57,212 nucleotides of DNA from IMG/VR virus record IMGVR_UViG_3300030106_004085, positions 1 through 57,212 of that record. The stretch is one strand, 5' to 3'. Shown in pieces: positions 1-10,500 of the stretch. Within the stretch, counting starts at the first letter, position 1; the number at the start of each line of letters is the position of its first letter. Below the pieces are notes generated by a model that had not been told where the DNA came from, searched no databases, and saw only the letters and a program-made list of their open reading frames with translations. The DNA comes from a virus. Lineage: Duplodnaviria; Caudoviricetes. The position numbers and the translations under genes were made by a program.

Positions 1-99
1 AGTGCCTGTTCGGTTGTTAATCACTACCCCAGCATCTTCGTCCAAAGACCACATAGAGATGTTTGAGTATGGGGCACCGTCGTACATCATTTGTTGAAG
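1..99. repeat. Terminal direct repeat, copy 1 (assembly circularisation overlap)
   Basis: agtgcctgttcgg...catttgttgaag is identical to 57114-57212 and lies inside an ORF that reads through the join. Confidence 0.95.
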
Positions 100-3000
100 C
101 TGGTCGTTCGAGTATTGACCGCTACTTCTAGCAGCCATTACCTCAGTAAATGCGTCAGGCCGCATAAGAACAGCTTCGTGTCCAGCTTCTGATTCTATTG
201 GAGCGCCACCAATAGTTGTACGTAAGCTTCGCTGCCATCCCTGCATGCTTGGATCTGTCATAGCCGATATTTCGTCTCGAAGATGATTGGCCATTAAAGG
301 TATTTCAAGCAGCCGAACAGCACCTTTGAGGCCGAACTTAGCTACCTTTTTAATCAGCCCATCCTTAACAGTTTCCTTGACGTTCTTCATTCCATAACGC
401 TCACCAAGCTCCTGTATAGCTGTGGCGGACATGCCCTTCATTCCATCGGCGATCTTATCTAAGTTTTTAACCTTTCTAGCTTTCAGGTACTTAATAACTT
501 CTTCGCCCAGAACTTCTGCACCTTGGGCACCCAAAGCTTCCATTGGTATTTTACGCAATGCTACGTTAGTCCACTTGCTTAAGGAGTCTTTCATTGAGCC
601 TGTTACATTCATGGTTGCCATGTATGCAATGTTCTGCTTAACCATATCGGACAAATACGAAATACTCTGCCTTTGACCTGTTGCTTCAGACAAACCAACT
701 ACATTGATAAGACCTTCTGGCACCTTATCCCGAATGTCCATGGGCTTATTGATAAGGTCTTCACGCAACGAGCCAAACATCCCTTCTGTCTCTTTACCTC
801 GAACGACTTGATCCTTCCAAGACATGTCGTCGTAACTGATAGGTTGTCTAAATACAGCAGTCCTTCCTTTGTAGGCATCATCATTAAGCGTTGCGTTTCT
901 TAATGATGACATTAAATGATTCCATGCAGGATGGTTTTCTGGTCGGTTATTGAAAGCATCCGGGCTTGCCTTAACATCCTCTCGTATATACGAAGCCAGC
1001 CTGTTTAAGTTGTCTGCATCTTGCTGGCTTATCTGATTCCGAGAAACCATTGTAGATGTCAACTGCTCCATTGAGCCGTACTGCCCTTTACTTAAATCGT
1101 AAGTTCGACTGCTTTCAGCCTCTGCTCTTTCTAGGTCGCTAAGCTTATTCCACTCCGCTGCAGTCTGGAATCCCGACAAGGCTTCACCAATGTCAGTCGC
1201 ACCAGATACCAAGGGAGATTTCTGGATAGCTTGCGCCTTTTGGTAGCTTCGCTTTGCAAAATTAGTGCTTTGGTCAACCTTGTCTTTAGTCCAGTTAGCA
1301 GCCCTTCTTATCTTTCCAGGGGTTTTTGCCTCTCCTTGACTAGCTACGTCATTTAAGGAAGGTTGAGAGCTTTGTGTTGTTTGACTTGCTGCTTGCTGAT
1401 CAGGAACTTGTGCGGTAGTTGGGTTAATCCCTGGAGGAGGATTGACTTGGCTTTTGTGAGTTTGCCCAGTCTCTCCAGCCTTCCGGTCTTGCTCACCATA
1501 AGGAATGGACTGTGTTGTAGGATTGACATTAGGTGTGGCAGCCGGCGGAGGTTTGACAGCAGGTTGCGCGGAACTGCTTACTCCTAATGAGCTTATCCAC
1601 ACCGCGGCCAGTTTCTGTCTCTTGGCTGGATCCATAGTGTTTCTTATGTGGACAGGTACATCTTTCCAGGTTTTTCCTGCAGCATATAACTGATCCGCAA
1701 TTTCCTTGCCGTAACTACCGATTGCATCCTGATACCCTGCCTGCCAGACCTTACTTTCAGGATCTGACACAGGTTCAGCTGTAGGAGTGACATCAGGCTG
1801 ATTGACATTAGGGGGAGGGGCTGACACGGGTTCAGTGGTAGGAGTGACACCAAGGATCTGCCCTGGCCCCGCTTGCCCAGGATCTACCATACCTAAAAGC
1901 TCTCCAGTTATAGGGTCGATTGCAGGGTCAGTCGTAGCGTCAGTGGTAGGACTGACGTCAGGCCTATTAGCTGAATCGCTGTCGCCTATCGGAAGAACAC
2001 TTTCTAAAGTATTTCCTATCTCCTGAGGGGGGCCGCTTAAATCTGAGGTTGCGGCTTCTTGCTTAGCTCTAATTTCTTCCGCTTTTTGATGCAGCTGATC
2101 TTCGGTGGCGAAAGGATCAACCCCTCCTTCAGTTGCTATAATAAGATCCCTATCTATTTCCCGCTGGCTATAAGGTATTTGTTCTGCATCTGGGGCAAAG
2201 GGATCAACCATCTCTTGTTCTGCATCCGGCACAACCTTATTTATCGTATTGCCCTGCTCTCCTGTCAGGTCACGTATAACATCCTCTGGTGATACTTGCT
2301 CAGCCCGCCCAACTAAAGGATTGTCCATGTCAGGCGCAGGTGCTAGTTGAGATGGCCCTGAAACGGTTTCAGTGGTCGGTTGAACTGCCGGTTGAGGCTG
2401 GCTGGAAGGCGGAGGAGCAACAGCCTGAACCTGACTGCCTGTAGTTACAAGTATCTGGGCTGCCATAGACTTCTTGGTTGCCTTAGGCCCTGGCTGTTTA
2501 CCCATACCCAAGAGAAGCGATTTGAGCTGGCTTTTATTCAGGTTATTGGCTAAATAACTTTCATTGCCCGCTGCTATTGCACGCCGAATGGATTCTTTTT
2601 TCTTTGTTTTGAAGCCTTGATTTACTAACCAGTCTTCTATTTCTTGTTCGACCTTATTCATTCCATCATCTTCCATTCCGCCAGCTACAGGTGGTGGATC
2701 TTTAGGTGGTTCTCCATCGCCAGTTTCAACAGCTTCATTTACAATTCTAGATATATCATCGTCGGTTTGTATATCTATCTGATTGTTAGCACCTCCGCCC
2801 ATAAGTTCTTCTTCTGGGATCTCGGTCATTCTGTCTGGGTCATCAAAGGCTGTGAGGATAACTTTAATATACTCTTCGGCTTGAGGGCTAGGCTTGGTGT
2901 CAATAGATAGACCAAGCTGATCTTCTACCATTCGGACAATATCGTCTTTAGTTCTGTTTCCTAGGGTGAGTTCGGCTTCACTGAGGCCGAGTTGAATCCC

Positions 3001-6000
3001 CGCGTTTTTAATCTGGGAGTATGTAACTTTGTCTAAGATGTTATCAATAGGTCTTTGTCCGTCAGGCTGGAACTCCCACTGACTTGGATCTTGCATCATG
3101 CTAGCCAATTGTCCAGTTGTAATGTCTTTTGGCATAATGGAATCTTGCCCGTACCGACTCTCCCCTGGCATTTCTCTTCTTGCATCAGCGTGCAATTGGC
3201 CATACATATTGCCATCGCTTCGATTCGGTCGGTCTTTTTCGTCTGTAGTCTGACCCCAAAACTGATCTGCGTCTGATTCAAGAGGAGTCTTGGCAAACTG
3301 GAATTGGCCTTTACCTGTCCTTAATGTAGTTCTAGCTGCTGAAGCAGAAGCAACTTGAGGTACAGTCATTTGCATACGCACAAGAGTACGCATAACCCGA
3401 CCTCTCACGTTCTTCCAGGTGCTTGCATTAACAAGCTTTTTATCTGATGTTTTAGCGTTCTTGTCATGTTTAGCCAGCCTATCTAAAATAGCAACCTTCT
3501 CTTCGATCGTTGAAGCATTAGCTATCTGAAGTTTGGCATCTAGGTCGAACGTCTGTTGTCCTAAATAAGCTGAGTAGATGTCTCTGTATTGCGGAAGGTT
3601 TGCTTTATCTACCGCTTTACCTTTGTTTCGATGCTTAAGCTCTTCATCCGTAAACGCAGGATTAAATACAAGATCCCTAAAGAAAAAGTCAGGATCTACC
3701 TTAGTCATGTCTGTATCAGGCTGAAGTATAGAAGGCGTGTATCCTATTGGAATGTTATCATAAGACTTGGCTGGGACGCGCCTTGGAGATGGGGGTATAT
3801 ATTCCCTCTGTGCTGTTGCTGCATCATAAGGAGAAGCAAGTCCACCTGGGCCTAACCTGATTGCATTAGGCTGTTGAGCTAAAAGCTCTGCTTCAGCTTG
3901 AGCTTCTGTTATTCCTTTTTGTTTTGCTAAATCTCTAATAGCACGATTGCTAAACGCTTTTGCTGATTCTGTCTTGAGATCAGAGTAAACTTTCCTAAGC
4001 TCTTCGTTTGACATCTGGTCAAACAGTTCCATCTCAGCAACCGTATCGAGTTGCCCTCTGCTTTCGACCCAATCTTGATGGGTTCGAGTTCCACCTTGCT
4101 CCACCTTAGCTCCCGGAGGTAGCCTTAATGAACGAGTAGGAACATTCGTTTCTCCTGCGATCACTGTCCCAGTACGAGTAACTAACCTGGATTCAAAGGT
4201 GGACTTCATAGGGACTAGTTGATAGTTGTTCCCTTTTCTTTTCTCCTGTTTAACAACCATATACCAAGAAGCCAGGCTTCTCTTTTGGCCCGATGGCCCA
4301 GGCTTTCTCGACGTTTCTTGATAATGAAAGCCTTCAACCTGATGCTTCATTATCTGAGAAAGCTCTTTGATGATTGTGTTATATTTACCTTCTCCGCCTA
4401 GCCTTTCAGCGATTTTTGCTGGTGTGTTTGACTTATTCTTTAGTTCTGGAGAATTGACTTCGTAATAAATACTCTGAAGAGCAGACATGACCTCATCATA
4501 CTCTTGTGCAGTTTCTATTTCGTTCAAGACGGTGATCAAATCGTCTGAAAGCATATGTCGTTTATATTTATTTGGCTTTCGTCTTTTAGTTTTAAGATGC
4601 TTCTTTGTAGGCATCTCAACTGAAGTTACTTCAGGGTACTTAGACTTCCCTCTGAATACTTCTACTTCTGCTTGTTTAACAGGTATCTGCTGAAGCTGGT
4701 CTAGTCTTTTAAGTAACCCACGAACGTGTAGCGTTTCTCCTGCTGTCGCAAAATCCTCTGGGCTTGGAGCCATTCTTTCAGGGATGTGTGTTTTCTCAGT
4801 TCTAAGTTGATTGAGAATTTTTGGCTGGCTGCTTGAAAGTATTCCAGACAACAACGACTTATGTATCTGCGCCTGCAGACTGTTCCTGACAATATTGTCT
4901 TTGCCAAATGGATTCCTTTTCAGAACGACAGAACGCCCCTTAATCTTTTTGTCGCTGTCAGAGCTTTGTTCTGTAGTCAATCGGTATATGATCGAATCAA
5001 CTATTCCGGTTTCAAAGAGCTTGTCCAACTGCCTGCCAATTTGCTCGATAGCATCACCAGAAGTCTGAATGTCGTAAGATACTTTTTGCCGTGCTTCCTG
5101 AATAGATATACCTTCCTCTTGCGCCACCCTCTGGGCTAAGTCTTCATCTCTTCCGATTGGTTGATCAGAAAGTTTTATATCATCAAGACTAGATGGTGCT
5201 GGAGAAAATACATCCCTATCATCATATAGATCATCCCCGCCTCCAAGCATATCGCTTTCCAGCTTAGCTTGTGTTGAGTAAGGCAACTGAGAAGCAGGTA
5301 TTTGGGCTGCACTTCTTGCACCGATAGACTCTTGAAATCCTGAAAGCCCGTGAAACATCTCAGCAATAGACTTGAACCTAGCGACATTCTGCTGAATTCC
5401 ACCAAGGTTAACGGTAGGAAGATGGCTATCTATTTGGAATGGCTTTCGGGTTGGAGTCTGACCTCTCCCTTCGACCAACACACCGCCGGAAACAAAGTCC
5501 TCTCCAGAAGTTGTTTCTGTGGTTACGTCGATGTACGGCGTGCGCCCTATCTCTTCTCTTGCTGCATGGAAAGTTAATAGCAATCGAGAAAAATAAAGAC
5601 CATCCTCGGCTATCTTTAGATCTCTATTAATTCTTCGTTGTTCATCTGCGATTGCAGCTCTTTCCCCACTTCCGGCCTTGGTTCTTTCAGCTCTTCGCTT
5701 AAGATCTTCTAGTTCTTTTGTCAGCTCATTTTGCATATCAAAAGACAGCGATCTTAAAGCATGACCTGCATCAGGATCCCAAAACAAAAGGAGAAGCCAA
5801 TCAGATTGCGTACTTGATATAGGGGATTTCGCCATATTTACGAATCCACCTTTGTACTTTGTTATTTTGTTTCTTCTTTCGTTTACCCCATGGTTTGTTT
5901 TGAAGTTATCTCCTAGGTAGATTTTAGGAGTTTCAAGTTCGCCTCTTTGGTTCTTTACCTTAGCGTCATTTAGAAACTCATACAATCTTTTAGCGTACGC

Positions 6001-6510
6001 ATCTTGTTGTTTATTGCTTAAGCTCTTTGGGTTGCCATGGGCATCTGCCTCAGCCTTTAGTTTGTCGATTATTTTTTTGGCTTCGGCGTCTGATTGTTCT
6101 CTGATGTTAGCAGTTGCAGGAAGATACCCAGGAGTTCCTTTAGGGTGCTCCAAGTTCATAAGCCTGCTGTAGTCAAAGGCGTGTGCCTGTGGCGTACTTC
6201 TTTCTACATTAGACCTTCCATTATTTATCTCGCTCTGCGCATAAAGAATTCGCTCATTGACGGTGGTCTTAATCATTCTCTCTAAGACGAATATCTTAGA
6301 GGCATTGATTGCTTTCAGCTTGGCTTTGAGTAATTCAAGCTGCTCTTGCCTACCAACTTGAGACTGGGCTTCTGCTTGGCTTTCAGCTAATTCATAGCGC
6401 TCAGATCGCTTCTGGCTTTCGACGTGCCTTATAGCTTCCTGTAGATACTTATCACTTTCTTCGCTTTTGCCTAACAACTGCTTAATGCGTTGCTCAAACT
6501 TCGTTACCAT
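1..6510 (-). CDS. Giant virion/ejection-type protein, N-terminal part; continues across the join to 56250 (~2457 aa total)
   Basis: ATG at 6510 (MVTKFEQRIKQLLGKSEESDKY...), 12 nt after the stop of the upstream gene. It is in frame with the 56250-57203 ORF (57203 = position 90; 6510-90 is divisible by 3). The track lists no closed minus-strand ORF in this frame, and spot translations at about 2.5, 3.0 and 5.2 kb are open. Confidence 0.85.
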   Translation of the reverse strand, partial: MVTKFEQRIKQLLGKSEESDKYLQEAIRHVESQKRSERYELAESQAEAQSQVGRQEQLELLKAKLKAINASKIFVLERMIKTTVNERILYAQSEINNGRSNVERSTPQAHAFDYSRLMNLEHPKGTPGYLPATANIREQSDAEAKKIIDKLKAEADAHGNPKSLSNKQQDAYAKRLYEFLNDAKVKNQRGELETPKIYLGDNFKTNHGVNERRNKITKYKGGFVNMAKSPISSTQSDWLLLLFWDPDAGHALRSLSFDMQNELTKELEDLKRRAERTKAGSGERAAIADEQRRINRDLKIAEDGLYFSRLLLTFHAAREEIGRTPYIDVTTETTSGEDFVSGGVLVEGRGQTPTRKPFQIDSHLPTVNLGGIQQNVARFKSIAEMFHGLSGFQESIGARSAAQIPASQLPYSTQAKLESDMLGGGDDLYDDRDVFSPAPSSLDDIKLSDQPIGRDEDLAQRVAQEEGISIQEARQKVSYDIQTSGDAIEQIGRQLDKLFETGIVDSIIYRLTTEQSSDSDKKIKGRSVVLKRNPFGKDNIVRNSLQAQIHKSLLSGILSSSQPKILNQLRTEKTHIPERMAPSPEDFATAGETLHVRGLLKRLDQLQQIPVKQAEVEVFRGKSKYPEVTSVEMPTKKHLKTKRRKPNKYKRHMLSDDLITVLNEIETAQEYDEVMSALQSIYYEVNSPELKNKSNTPAKIAERLGGEGKYNTIIKELSQIMKHQVEGFHYQETSRKPGPSGQKRSLASWYMVVKQEKRKGNNYQLVPMKSTFESRLVTRTGTVIAGETNVPTRSLRLPPGAKVEQGGTRTHQDWVESRGQLDTVAEMELFDQMSNEELRKVYSDLKTESAKAFSNRAIRDLAKQKGITEAQAEAELLAQQPNAIRLGPGGLASPYDAATAQREYIPPSPRRVPAKSYDNIPIGYTPSILQPDTDMTKVDPDFFFRDLVFNPAFTDEELKHRNKGKAVDKANLPQYRDIYSAYLGQQTFDLDAKLQIANASTIEEKVAILDRLAKHDKNAKTSDKKLVNASTWKNVRGRVMRTLVRMQMTVPQVASASAARTTLRTGKGQFQFAKTPLESDADQFWGQTTDEKDRPNRSDGNMYGQLHADARREMPGESRYGQDSIMPKDITTGQLASMMQDPSQWEFQPDGQRPIDNILDKVTYSQIKNAGIQLGLSEAELTLGNRTKDDIVRMVEDQLGLSIDTKPSPQAEEYIKVILTAFDDPDRMTEIPEEELMGGGANNQIDIQTDDDISRIVNEAVETGDGEPPKDPPPVAGGMEDDGMNKVEQEIEDWLVNQGFKTKKKESIRRAIAAGNESYLANNLNKSQLKSLLLGMGKQPGPKATKKSMAAQILVTTGSQVQAVAPPPSSQPQPAVQPTTETVSGPSQLAPAPDMDNPLVGRAEQVSPEDVIRDLTGEQGNTINKVVPDAEQEMVDPFAPDAEQIPYSQREIDRDLIIATEGGVDPFATEDQLHQKAEEIRAKQEAATSDLSGPPQEIGNTLESVLPIGDSDSANRPDVSPTTDATTDPAIDPITGELLGMVDPGQAGPGQILGVTPTTEPVSAPPPNVNQPDVTPTAEPVSDPESKVWQAGYQDAIGSYGKEIADQLYAAGKTWKDVPVHIRNTMDPAKRQKLAAVWISSLGVSSSAQPAVKPPPAATPNVNPTTQSIPYGEQDRKAGETGQTHKSQVNPPPGINPTTAQVPDQQAASQTTQSSQPSLNDVASQGEAKTPGKIRRAANWTKDKVDQSTNFAKRSYQKAQAIQKSPLVSGATDIGEALSGFQTAAEWNKLSDLERAEAESSRTYDLSKGQYGSMEQLTSTMVSRNQISQQDADNLNRLASYIREDVKASPDAFNNRPENHPAWNHLMSSLRNATLNDDAYKGRTAVFRQPISYDDMSWKDQVVRGKETEGMFGSLREDLINKPMDIRDKVPEGLINVVGLSEATGQRQSISYLSDMVKQNIAYMATMNVTGSMKDSLSKWTNVALRKIPMEALGAQGAEVLGEEVIKYLKARKVKNLDKIADGMKGMSATAIQELGERYGMKNVKETVKDGLIKKVAKFGLKGAVRLLEIPLMANHLRDEISAMTDPSMQGWQRSLRTTIGGAPIESEAGHEAVLMRPDAFTEVMAARSSGQYSNDQLQQMMYDGAPYSNISMWSLDEDAGVVINNRTGT
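2358..2372. promoter_or_regulatory. Palindrome site 1 CTGAAACGGTTTCAG (in giant gene)
   Basis: Perfect match to CTGAAA-N3-TTTCAG. Confidence 0.8.
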
Positions 6511-6522
6511 TAAACGATTCCC

Positions 6523-7509
6523 TTATCCTAGCAAAGCACTTAGTAGCGGCCCCATCATATCATACTGAAGTCCCATGGCCGCAAGACGTTCTTGCAAGAC
6601 ACGGTACTGTTCATCTAAAGACATACCCTGAAGACCATAAAACAACTTGTCTCGTAAACCTTCTTGCTCTAAAGCTAGGTTTGCAAGACTTCGAAACTCA
6701 TCAAACTGAGCTTCTTGTGCTGTGCGTTTATGTGCCTGATCCTCAAGATCGTATTTGAATCGTGCATCTTCTATTGCATCAAAAGCGTTTGTATCTCGTA
6801 CAGCCATATGGCCTAGGTTTCGATAATCCGTTCCAGCATCAGATGACATACCAGCAGCATTCGTAAGCCCCTTCATAAAAGGATCATACTCTCTTCTAGC
6901 TATAGCAGCTCTTCGGTTAATATCTCTCTGTTGGTACTCCCTTCCATGAGGATTCATATTCCTATGGTAGTTCTTAAATGTAGTTCCAACTGTAACATCA
7001 AATGGCTCGGGGGGTTGCTGTACGGCAGGCTGTTGCTGCTGACCTGTGTCTTGCTGCGGTGTTTCTGAAACTATACTCTGCAGGTTTTGTAGAGGGGTTT
7101 GCTGCACCTGAGATGTCTGTTGCTGCTGACCTAATCCGGAGCTTGTCTGCTGCTGACCAGATAAGGGATTTCCTGAAAGTCCGAGATGACCGAATTCATC
7201 TCTCATTCTGTTATCATTCGGGTTTCCAGTAGAACCCCCATCTTTAGTCCACTGGCGAGTTGCTGGATCCCAAGTCCAAGGCCCAGACTTTGCTGGAGCA
7301 TTAGGATTAAATGGAGGCATGGGCTTTCCCGCCTCCCCAGTAGTCACGGGTAAAGTAGAAGGATTATTTGTAGTCGATGTATTATCCTGCAAATGATCCC
7401 ATTCACCTGGGATCCCTTGAGAAGGATCTCCTGCCCACCACTCAGACATATTATTGTTACTATTAAAGGCATTTCCGCCTAGCGGATTCGAACCACCAAA
7501 TATAGACAT
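6523..7509 (-). CDS. Q/N/G-rich putative internal virion (ejection) protein
   Basis: 328 aa, low complexity N-terminus, helical C-terminus, located in the late operon after the tail genes. Confidence 0.6.
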   Translation of the reverse strand: MSIFGGSNPLGGNAFNSNNNMSEWWAGDPSQGIPGEWDHLQDNTSTTNNPSTLPVTTGEAGKPMPPFNPNAPAKSGPWTWDPATRQWTKDGGSTGNPNDNRMRDEFGHLGLSGNPLSGQQQTSSGLGQQQQTSQVQQTPLQNLQSIVSETPQQDTGQQQQPAVQQPPEPFDVTVGTTFKNYHRNMNPHGREYQQRDINRRAAIARREYDPFMKGLTNAAGMSSDAGTDYRNLGHMAVRDTNAFDAIEDARFKYDLEDQAHKRTAQEAQFDEFRSLANLALEQEGLRDKLFYGLQGMSLDEQYRVLQERLAAMGLQYDMMGPLLSALLG

Positions 7510-7521
7510 TTGTATTCCCTG

Positions 7522-10500
7522 TTAAGTTAGAGTCCCTCTGTACCAACTAGCGTTACCCAAAGCCTGGTTAATTTCTTCTTGGGTGAGTGAAGACGGGTGA
7601 ACAGCTTGATTGAGCCATTCTTGTTTCGTATCAGGGCGTGTCAAGCCAGCTGCTAGCATAGTGACGGTATCAACTGGCTGCAGATCAATACGCACCGTAT
7701 TCTCTTTCGGTGTTTTCCAGTATTGCTGTCCTGTATCTGGATCTGTTACGAGGTATGGCAATGGCTTATCATAAACTCGTTTGAAGAACATTAAAGCACG
7801 CCCTGCTGAATCGACAAAAGCATTAGCTCCTAATATATCAAAGAATGACTTATTGCCATTAAGACCTGTTCCTTCGTTTGCCTTGTCATAGTTTTCTGGA
7901 AGAATTTGTTTTATATCAGATACTTCTTCTCCGGTGGCAGTATTTTCACCAGTCCACGGCTTCCAGTCTATGTCGTTTTGGTTGCCTTGAGTATTAGCAG
8001 TTTCTCTGTAATTAAACTCATCAGCTACTTGCTGTTCTTTTCTTTCGAGTGGTGTTACAGTTGGATCAAATACATATGAACCATCCTCGTTCTTTAAGAT
8101 CCTAAGAATGTCATGACCCATGTGTTTATTTAGACCCATAGTTGACATCTTTAATACATCAGCCCCTGAAGCCATCATCTGACTACCTGTTAATGGATCT
8201 GTGAATAGATACTGCTTGTCAGGATCTAGTTCTATATCGTTCCAGAAGCCAGGCTGCTCAAGTCTTCGTCTGGTTTCTATTTCGACAGCTGTCAGTTTCC
8301 CTGGCTGCGTTCTTGTGTTACGTAGTAAGCTTTCTATATCTAAATTACCCAAGTCCTCATCAGAAAGGCCTGTCAGCATTAAAGATAACTGGCGATTATC
8401 TGGATCTTCTACGTTGTTGTTGTACTTCTGATCATCTACCCAAGACATAAAGTCATCTAGCGATATACTCCCTGACTGGTAAGCTTGCTTATCTAAATCT
8501 CCGTAGTTATACATTGACCACTGCTGATTGCTGTCACTCGATTGCTGCAAGCTATCTCTAATAGATTGCTCTAGTGCAGCAACTTCATTAGGATCGTCAA
8601 ACTCACCAAGGGCTGCCCTGCGACGCTCTTCTGCTTCAGCAGGGTTTGTAGGATTTCCGGCTGTTGGCTGAAATCTCTCTCCGGCTGCTCTCGCCTCGGC
8701 TGCACGGTTAGTTAGACTTTCTTTGAGCTTTGCCTCCTCCTCGCTCATCCCATACATCATCATCGCTTCAGAGGAAGTTATAGTTTTTCCCGACGGTGTA
8801 TGAAGAAATTTAAGGGGATAACCTGGCAATCGCTCTAGCTCTTTTCCCATGGCATTTTGGTACTTTTGTTCAGGAGTGAGCTGACCTGAGAGAACCTGAC
8901 TTAAAGCATCTGTATTCGCTCCCAAGTTAGCTCTCCAGTCTTGTGAACCCAACGCATTCTGTTGCTGTGGCTGTGCATTCATGCCTTGAAGTGCTTGAAC
9001 ATTTGCATTTACTTGAGGGTTAACTTGAGCAGCAGGCTGAGCTTGCTGTTGCTGGTTTCCAGCTAGTGCATTGACAACTGGATTGTCCATCATAGCTTGC
9101 AAAGCTTGTACGTTTGCATTAACACCTGAGCTAACAGCAGGCTGATGTGGCTGGGCACCTATTAAAGCACCCGAGATAGGATCTGTCTGTTGCTGGGCAA
9201 CCCCTGAAACGGTTTCAGCGGGCTGCTGTTGCGTGTTGCCCATTTGATTAAGGGCTTGGACATTCGGATTAACAGCGTTGCTTTGCTGGGCAGCAGGCTG
9301 TTGGGCACCTATAGCTCCCACCAATGGATCAACAGCTCCCTGATCTCCTCCAACTATTTGATTGAGTTGGTCTATTGGATTCTGACCTTGAGATCCCTGC
9401 GTTGCCCCAAAGCTGTTCTGATTACTACCTTGAGCAAAGCCTTCATCGTAGTCTTCACCGCCGCCGAATGTTTCATCTCCACCACCAAATACATCACCGC
9501 CGCCCATTCCCATGCCGCCGGTATCGCCTTGTCCGTATATGTTAGCGAACCACTCACAAAATTGATTTAGCAGTTCCCCTTTTGCTTGTGGAGCCATTAC
9601 GTTAATTGGAATTAGGGGTGCTGGCATATGAACTACATCAGACTTCCACTCTGTCACTTCCCAGTTGGCATCATCATCTCTTGGGTCTGGGCCATAGTTG
9701 TAAGATGGGTCAGCATTTGCTGGATCGCTGGCACTGTTTTTAAGCCAGACTTTTGTTACATTTCCAGTTTCATCTGTAACTTCATAATAGGCTTGCGGCT
9801 GACCTGGAGGGGGAGGGCCAAACGAAAGATGGTCGGCATAGGGTCTTATTATCTCCGGGGCAGATTCTTTATAAAGCATGGCTTTCTGGACAATCGGTGT
9901 AACCAGAGGTATAGCAGTCTTGAAGGCCATACTAAAGTCATTAAACAAATCGTCTGCTTTTTCGGGAGTGTAGTTGCTAAGGAAATCATTAACCTTAACC
10001 ATAAGGCGATCAGCTTCGCCCTTAAGAATAGTTACCCCTGCCTTCACTGGATTAAGACCAGTTAGAGCTGCAATTGCCTGATCGGGATTAGCGAAGAAAG
10101 GTCGCATTTGATCGAAGATAGCACGAGCATCCGCACTTCTGAACTGATCTGCAAGTTGAACAGCGTGATCTCGAATATTGAATTCTGCAAATTTCGCTTG
10201 GAGATTGTTGAAAAGTTCTTCTGGAACTTCAGCATATAACAATCTGTTATCATTCGGATCTTGCCCGGATACATAATTATCTGAATGGGCCGCAGCACCA
10301 AATTCAAACTCTCTGACCTTATTTCCTGCACGACCCCCGAAATATTCCCTCAAGGCCGCACTCGATATCCCAGCACTTGCTAAATCTGGATATACTTCCT
10401 TTACCCAGTCAAAATAAGTGCCTTCGCCAAATTCATCATAAATAGATCTAAGCGTTGTGTCTGAGTTTAACCAATCAACATTATCTCCCCACGCACCTCC

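Noticed and set aside
1-99. 99-bp terminal repeat as a biological DTR
   Set aside because: It falls mid-gene and its length matches a common assembler k-mer, so it is best read as a circularisation overlap.
1764-1835. Degenerate palindromes ctgacacaggttcag and ctgacacgggttcag
   Set aside because: Each has two mismatches and lies in a local EPVS peptide repeat, so they cannot be separated from chance.
422-6285. Many short ORFs suggesting a gene-poor region or an alternative genetic code
   Set aside because: They are shadows of one long minus-strand ORF that runs off the contig end. The standard code gives dense coding genome-wide.
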